From positions 1-63,725 of the forward strand of contig JBJKPQ010000043.1 in the NCBI GenBank assembly GCA_046706305.1: DNA of 63,725 nt, read 5' to 3'. Below the pieces are notes generated by a model that made no database searches, was not told the origin of the DNA, and worked only from the letters and a program-made list of their open reading frames with translations. The translations under genes and the position numbers were made by a program. Of this stretch, positions 59,158-63,725 are shown one piece after another (the stretch's first letter is position 1; the number at the start of each line of letters is the position of its first letter). Source of the DNA: Bacteroidales bacterium. Lineage in GTDB: Bacteria; Bacteroidota; Bacteroidia; Bacteroidales; VadinHA17.

Positions 59158-59688
59158 TTATTTTTTAGAAGGATCAGGATGAGCTATTTTTGCAGCATAT
59201 GTTTCAAAATTAAATTCCTTGAAGAAAGGATTTTCCTTATTGTGACACTCGAGGCAAAGCTGCTTGTCGGGCATTATAAGACCCATTTTCATAGCCTGCT
59301 CACGGTTCTTCATTACTGAAGGTGATTTGTATGAGCTGCCTGGACCATGACATGTCTCACAGGAAACACCTTCCGTAGGTTTGATGCCTGCCCTTAGTTT
59401 GGCATCAACTCTTTCATAAGTTGAATGGCACTTAAGACATTTCGGATCTTTAGCAGGATCGGCAATGCCATGAGCTTTGGCATAATCGAGCGATTCCTTG
59501 CTGCTCAGTGTCTCCAAGGCCTTTGCATGCGGTCCCTTTTGCCATATTCCATACTGGTTACCAGTATTGGGTTTATTATGACACATCTTGCATTTATCCG
59601 CACCAATGTACTTATATGTCTGAGCTGATACCACGCTTCCCAGTAACAACGACAAACATACCAGCAGAATACCCTTTTTCATAATCAT
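59158..59688 (-). CDS. Periplasmic tetraheme cytochrome c (c554-like)
   Basis: Signal peptide; CKMCH, CLKCH, CETCH, CLECH; YIGADKC..CH and EGVSCETCHGPGS signatures; TATATTTG on the minus strand at 59749-59756. Confidence 0.92.
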   Translation of the reverse strand: MIMKKGILLVCLSLLLGSVVSAQTYKYIGADKCKMCHNKPNTGNQYGIWQKGPHAKALETLSSKESLDYAKAHGIADPAKDPKCLKCHSTYERVDAKLRAGIKPTEGVSCETCHGPGSSYKSPSVMKNREQAMKMGLIMPDKQLCLECHNKENPFFKEFNFETYAAKIAHPDPSKK

Positions 59689-60008
59689 AGTGGTTTAATA
59701 TTAGTTAATAAATTTCTTAATTCTACGGGCAGCTTACAGGCTGCAAAACAAATATATGAAAAATTACTCATACTCACAGATAATATGATTTTTATAATTT
59801 ACATCCAAAAATAGTGCCATAAAGGCTAATATTGTTTTTATCTACTCCTCTTTCCTTTTTTGTAATAAATTGTAAGGATCAGACCCACATTTTCCAAAAT
59901 ATTTTTCATTTTTAGCCCTAACTAATTTGCATGAATTAAAAGTAAAACTAATTTTAAATCATATTTTTATAGTTTGTAACTGCATAATAATCCTATCCTG
60001 ATAACCGT

Positions 60009-60920
60009 ATGAATAATCTCATGACTGAAAATAAGACCGAACTAAAAATTTCAATTGACCAGTATCTTGAATATCTGCTGAAGAAAGGAGGACCCGAACC
60101 TGAAGATTATGAGAAATTTACGGATACAGTCAATAACCTCTCCGCTGAAGAGGTAGAGCCATTCCGGGATAAAATAAAGACTGTCTTAAATGAAAATACT
60201 CTTATAGGACACGGATTTGTCAAACCCTATGGTTACCCGGGCGATTTCAGATTAATTAACAAAATTTATAAGTTTGAGATAAACGAGGAACCATATTACC
60301 GGAACTGGGACCTGTTTTTCCAGAACCAGCCGGGTGCGAATGCGGTGAGGAACAGGAAAGATTTCTTTATGAAGTTCTGTGAAAACCTTCTCGACAAGAA
60401 GGAAAGTGCAAAGGTACTTATACTGGGTTCGGGGCCCGCAACAGATGTATATGAGTTTATATCTAATCATCCCGGGAATAATATAACCTTTGATTTGATA
60501 GATTTTGACCAGTCGGCTATCGATTTTTCCAGGGAGAAAAATCATAAGTTTAACGGGCAGATATCATACAATAAGATAAATGCATTAAGATATAATTCAT
60601 TTAAGCTGTATGATCTTATCTGGAGTGCCGGCCTGTTTGATTATTTCAAAGATAAACATTTTACTTTCCTTATCAGGAAATATGTTAACTGCCTTGATGC
60701 TGAAGGGGAGATGGTAATAAGCAATTTCAGTACAAGGAATCCCACGAAAAGACTTATGGAAGTACTGTCTGACTGGTACCTGAACCTGAGGACCGAATCG
60801 GACCTCTTCAGAATCGCCGCCAATGCCAATGTAGACAGTGAGATGGTCAGCGTTGACAAAGAACCGCTGGGAATAAATCTCTTTTTGAAGATTAAGAAGA
60901 ATCAAACCGGTGGAAAATAA
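60009..60920 (+). CDS. Class I SAM-dependent methyltransferase, PhcB-like
   Basis: KPYGYPGDF, AVRNRK, motif I VLILGSGPA, DFD, YDLIWSAGLFDY, SNF, DWYLNLR. Confidence 0.8.
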   Translation: MNNLMTENKTELKISIDQYLEYLLKKGGPEPEDYEKFTDTVNNLSAEEVEPFRDKIKTVLNENTLIGHGFVKPYGYPGDFRLINKIYKFEINEEPYYRNWDLFFQNQPGANAVRNRKDFFMKFCENLLDKKESAKVLILGSGPATDVYEFISNHPGNNITFDLIDFDQSAIDFSREKNHKFNGQISYNKINALRYNSFKLYDLIWSAGLFDYFKDKHFTFLIRKYVNCLDAEGEMVISNFSTRNPTKRLMEVLSDWYLNLRTESDLFRIAANANVDSEMVSVDKEPLGINLFLKIKKNQTGGK

Positions 60921-60946
60921 TAGTTATAACTAATAACCGATTCCGG

Positions 60947-62923
60947 ATGAGCTTATTAAAAAATAAAGGACTCAATCTGCTTGGACTTTCACCATCAGGA
61001 CAGGAATCAATTTCACTCAATTCGCTCACACTTGACTTTACAGGTGAGTTACGGAAATATGAAAATGATTTCCGCGAGGATTATTTTATTAAATCACTTA
61101 ATCCTTTCAGATTCTCCCTGATATTATCTATGATCTTCTATGGCGCCTTTGCTTTTCTCGATGCCGTTTCCGTTCCAAAATTGAAAGAGTTGTTCTGGTT
61201 TATAAGATTCGGAATAGTGTTTCCTGTTTTTATAGCCGTCTTTATTTTCACTTACTCAAGACTTTTCAAAAAATACATGCAGCTTGTGATTGCATCCATT
61301 ATGTTTATCACGGGTTTTGCAATTATCATAATGATAATCTATGCGTCAAAAGAGCATAATTATGAATATTATGCAGGACTGATGCTCATATTCATTTTTG
61401 GTTACACTTTTATAAGGGCGCGTTTCTTTTATGCATCAATAGCCGGCTGGTCGATAGTGGTAGCCTACGAGATATCGGCTATCTGGATATCCCACACCCC
61501 GGTAGGTATACTTATCAATAACAACTTCTTCTTCATAAGTGCCAATATTATAGGCATGTTCATCAGCTATTTCCTTGAGCTGTCTGCCCGGAAGGAATTC
61601 TATATGAGGATTCTTCTTGAGCAGGAAAAAGAAAATGTAAAAACGGCAAATGATGCCCTTGAAAAAAGGGTTATGGAAAGAACACGACAGTTATCAAATG
61701 CCAATATCGATCTTAAAAAAGAAATTGAGATACGAAAAAAATTCGAGAGGGAAAGAGCTGACCTGGAAAAACAGCTCTTCCAGCTTCAGAAGATGAAAAC
61801 CATTGGCACACTGGCCGGAGGTATAGCACACGACTTCAATAATATCCTTACTCCGATACTCGGGTATACCGATATGGCCCTGGAAGAACTGCCGGAAGAA
61901 AGCAACCTGCGCTTCGATCTCGAACAGATTAACAATGCGGCTGTAAGAGGCAGGGACCTTGTGCAGCAGATACTGACCTTCAGCCGGGAAGTGGACTTCA
62001 ACAAGAAACCGGTTCAGATCCAGCCGATAGTCGCTGAAGTACTGAACCTTCTTAAGTCAACCTCTCCCACAAGTGTTAAAATTAAACAAAAACTTGACCC
62101 GGGTATCGGCACTGTTCTTGCCGACCCAACGCATATTCACCAGATAGTGATGAACCTGTGCACCAATGCCAACCATGCAATGCTCGATTCTGGCGGAATA
62201 CTCGACGTAAGGCTCGAAGCCGTCAAGATCAGCCACCGGTCAGACCCAAGGCTAAGCAACCTTAAAAAAGGCGACTATATCAGACTTCAAATATCGGATA
62301 CCGGTCACGGAATGGATATGGAAACCAAAGAACGAATCTTTGAACCATTTTTCACCCGCAAGGAGGTAGGCTCCGGTTCGGGTCTGGGACTGTCTGTTGT
62401 ACACGGTATAATAAATAACTACGGGGGCGCCATACTGGTTGACAGTTCTCCCGGGAAAGGAACTACATTCAGCATTTACCTGCCCAGGCATGGTACCGAT
62501 CCCGGAAATCTTGATAAACTGGAAAAACAGACATACAAGGGAGATGAGTATATTCTTTTTGTTGATGATGAACCGGAGATTACCTTCCTGGGCAAGAAAA
62601 TGCTTGAGAACCTTGGTTACAGAGTATCCATACAGGGCGACAGCGTTGCTGCTCTCGAGGAATTCAGAAATAACCCGCACAAATATTCTCTCTTGGTCAC
62701 CGACCAGAATATGCCAAAGATTACAGGAACCAGCCTGGCTTCCAGGATGAGGGAAATCAGACCTGATTTAAAAGTTATTATAATTACGGGATATGCCGAA
62801 CACCTTTCAGAAGAAATGATAATGAAACACGGCATATCTGAAGTTATTCTTAAACCAATGATATTAAGCGATTTCAGCAAGGCTATTCGAAGAGCCCTTG
62901 ATGAAGCCAAAGCAAAAAAATAA
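60947..62923 (+). CDS. Membrane-bound hybrid sensor histidine kinase (6 TM, HisKA, HATPase, REC)
   Basis: Six hydrophobic segments; H-box LAGGIAHDFNNIL, N-box QIVMNLCTNA, DTGHGM, FEPFFT, GSGLGL; receiver VDDE/TDQNMP/KP. Confidence 0.95.
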   Translation: MSLLKNKGLNLLGLSPSGQESISLNSLTLDFTGELRKYENDFREDYFIKSLNPFRFSLILSMIFYGAFAFLDAVSVPKLKELFWFIRFGIVFPVFIAVFIFTYSRLFKKYMQLVIASIMFITGFAIIIMIIYASKEHNYEYYAGLMLIFIFGYTFIRARFFYASIAGWSIVVAYEISAIWISHTPVGILINNNFFFISANIIGMFISYFLELSARKEFYMRILLEQEKENVKTANDALEKRVMERTRQLSNANIDLKKEIEIRKKFERERADLEKQLFQLQKMKTIGTLAGGIAHDFNNILTPILGYTDMALEELPEESNLRFDLEQINNAAVRGRDLVQQILTFSREVDFNKKPVQIQPIVAEVLNLLKSTSPTSVKIKQKLDPGIGTVLADPTHIHQIVMNLCTNANHAMLDSGGILDVRLEAVKISHRSDPRLSNLKKGDYIRLQISDTGHGMDMETKERIFEPFFTRKEVGSGSGLGLSVVHGIINNYGGAILVDSSPGKGTTFSIYLPRHGTDPGNLDKLEKQTYKGDEYILFVDDEPEITFLGKKMLENLGYRVSIQGDSVAALEEFRNNPHKYSLLVTDQNMPKITGTSLASRMREIRPDLKVIIITGYAEHLSEEMIMKHGISEVILKPMILSDFSKAIRRALDEAKAKK

Positions 62924-62929
62924 TATATT

Positions 62930-63331
62930 ATGGCAACTGTATATGTTTTTGATGATGAACCTTCAATACTTCTGATGATAAAGAAAATGCTCGAAAAAGC
63001 AGGCCATGAAGTAGGAACTGCCCTTAATGGCAGGGAAGGTATGGAGATGATAAATGAAAAAATTCCCGACCTGATAATTACAGATATTATAATGCCTGAG
63101 AAAGAAGGACTGGAAACCATTATGGAATTGCGCAAGAAGCATCCGGAACTTAAGATCATCGCCATCTCGGGAGGAGGCAGGTTCGGCCCGGAGGGTTATC
63201 TTCCCGGGGCCAAATTGCTTGGAGCAGATATGGTTTTTCAGAAACCTCTCATGCAGAAAGAATTCCTAAATGCCGTCGCCGACTTACTGAATGAGAACAA
63301 AAGGAACAACATGCCTCCAATCCAGCTTTAA
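62930..63331 (+). CDS. Stand-alone receiver-domain response regulator
   Basis: FDDE, ITDIIMP, AISGGG, QKP; no output domain. Confidence 0.93.
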   Translation: MATVYVFDDEPSILLMIKKMLEKAGHEVGTALNGREGMEMINEKIPDLIITDIIMPEKEGLETIMELRKKHPELKIIAISGGGRFGPEGYLPGAKLLGADMVFQKPLMQKEFLNAVADLLNENKRNNMPPIQL

Positions 63332-63407
63332 GCCGTTGCTCACAAACAGTATAATAGAATTATTATAATTACAGTTTAAATCCTGCAGGCGCTTATTATA
63401 TCTTTTT

Positions 63408-63725
63408 TCAGGTATATTTCTGGATTATATCTCCTGTCGATTTCTCCTTAAGCATAACTTTAGTCCTTCCGTCAGGCATTCTTTCTTTTTTTACAAGGAA
63501 ATACCTGTCGTCATAATTAACAAGGTCGATACCTGAAGTTATCCCTTCCTTTCCACGCCATATATTTAACTCAACAGGCTCCCATCTCCTTGTTCCGGCA
63601 GACCTGTAGCAGGCATCCATTATAGCGTTTACCACGTATCCGTCGTAAAAGGTCTCACGCGGCTCCCTCTCCTGCTCCAGCGAATCGAGCATGTCAGAAA
63701 ACATATCAGGATAACCACGTGCCTG
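63408..63725 (-). CDS. Probable Gfo/Idh/MocA-family oxidoreductase, C-terminal part (5' end beyond window)
   Basis: GYPDMFSDML...PRETFYDGYVVNAIMDACYRS...WEPVEL resembles C-termini of this family; frame is open to the window edge. Confidence 0.65.
   Translation of the reverse strand, partial: QARGYPDMFSDMLDSLEQEREPRETFYDGYVVNAIMDACYRSAGTRRWEPVELNIWRGKEGITSGIDLVNYDDRYFLVKKERMPDGRTKVMLKEKSTGDIIQKYT

Noticed and set aside
1-63725. The many short alternative-frame and antisense ORFs in the six-frame track
   Set aside because: They lie within well-supported genes and have no recognisable motifs; treated as shadow ORFs
1-63725. CRISPR array, IS/transposase, integrase or prophage
   Set aside because: No regularly spaced direct repeats and no recombinase, transposase or phage proteins were recognised

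Overview
Gene-dense, mostly core-genome window from a Bacteroidota chromosome, probably an anaerobic Bacteroidales. The assignment rests on TAnnTTTG promoter elements, many lipoproteins and typical gene content. It carries cell-shape, purine, arginine/carbamoyl-phosphate, translation, proteostasis (tig-clpP-clpX), folate/thymidylate, DNA-repair and cofactor genes, one tRNA-Leu(TAG), and a glycogen cluster with a GT3 synthase-GT35 phosphorylase fusion. I found no mobile element, prophage or CRISPR array. The best candidate for an undescribed system is the three-gene operon at 60009-63331: a PhcB-like SAM methyltransferase, a 6-TM hybrid histidine kinase and a stand-alone receiver. This layout mirrors the Ralstonia phcBSR fatty-acid-methyl-ester quorum-sensing locus. 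Next to it lie a tetraheme cytochrome and an orphan tandem SiaB-like kinase. Other notable items are a TerB-like/ABCG-type transporter with a partner lipoprotein, tandem ARG boxes over the argR/carB divergent promoter, a eukaryote-like ArgG, and a probable attenuator in the greA leader. All family assignments come from motif recognition by eye; no searches were run.
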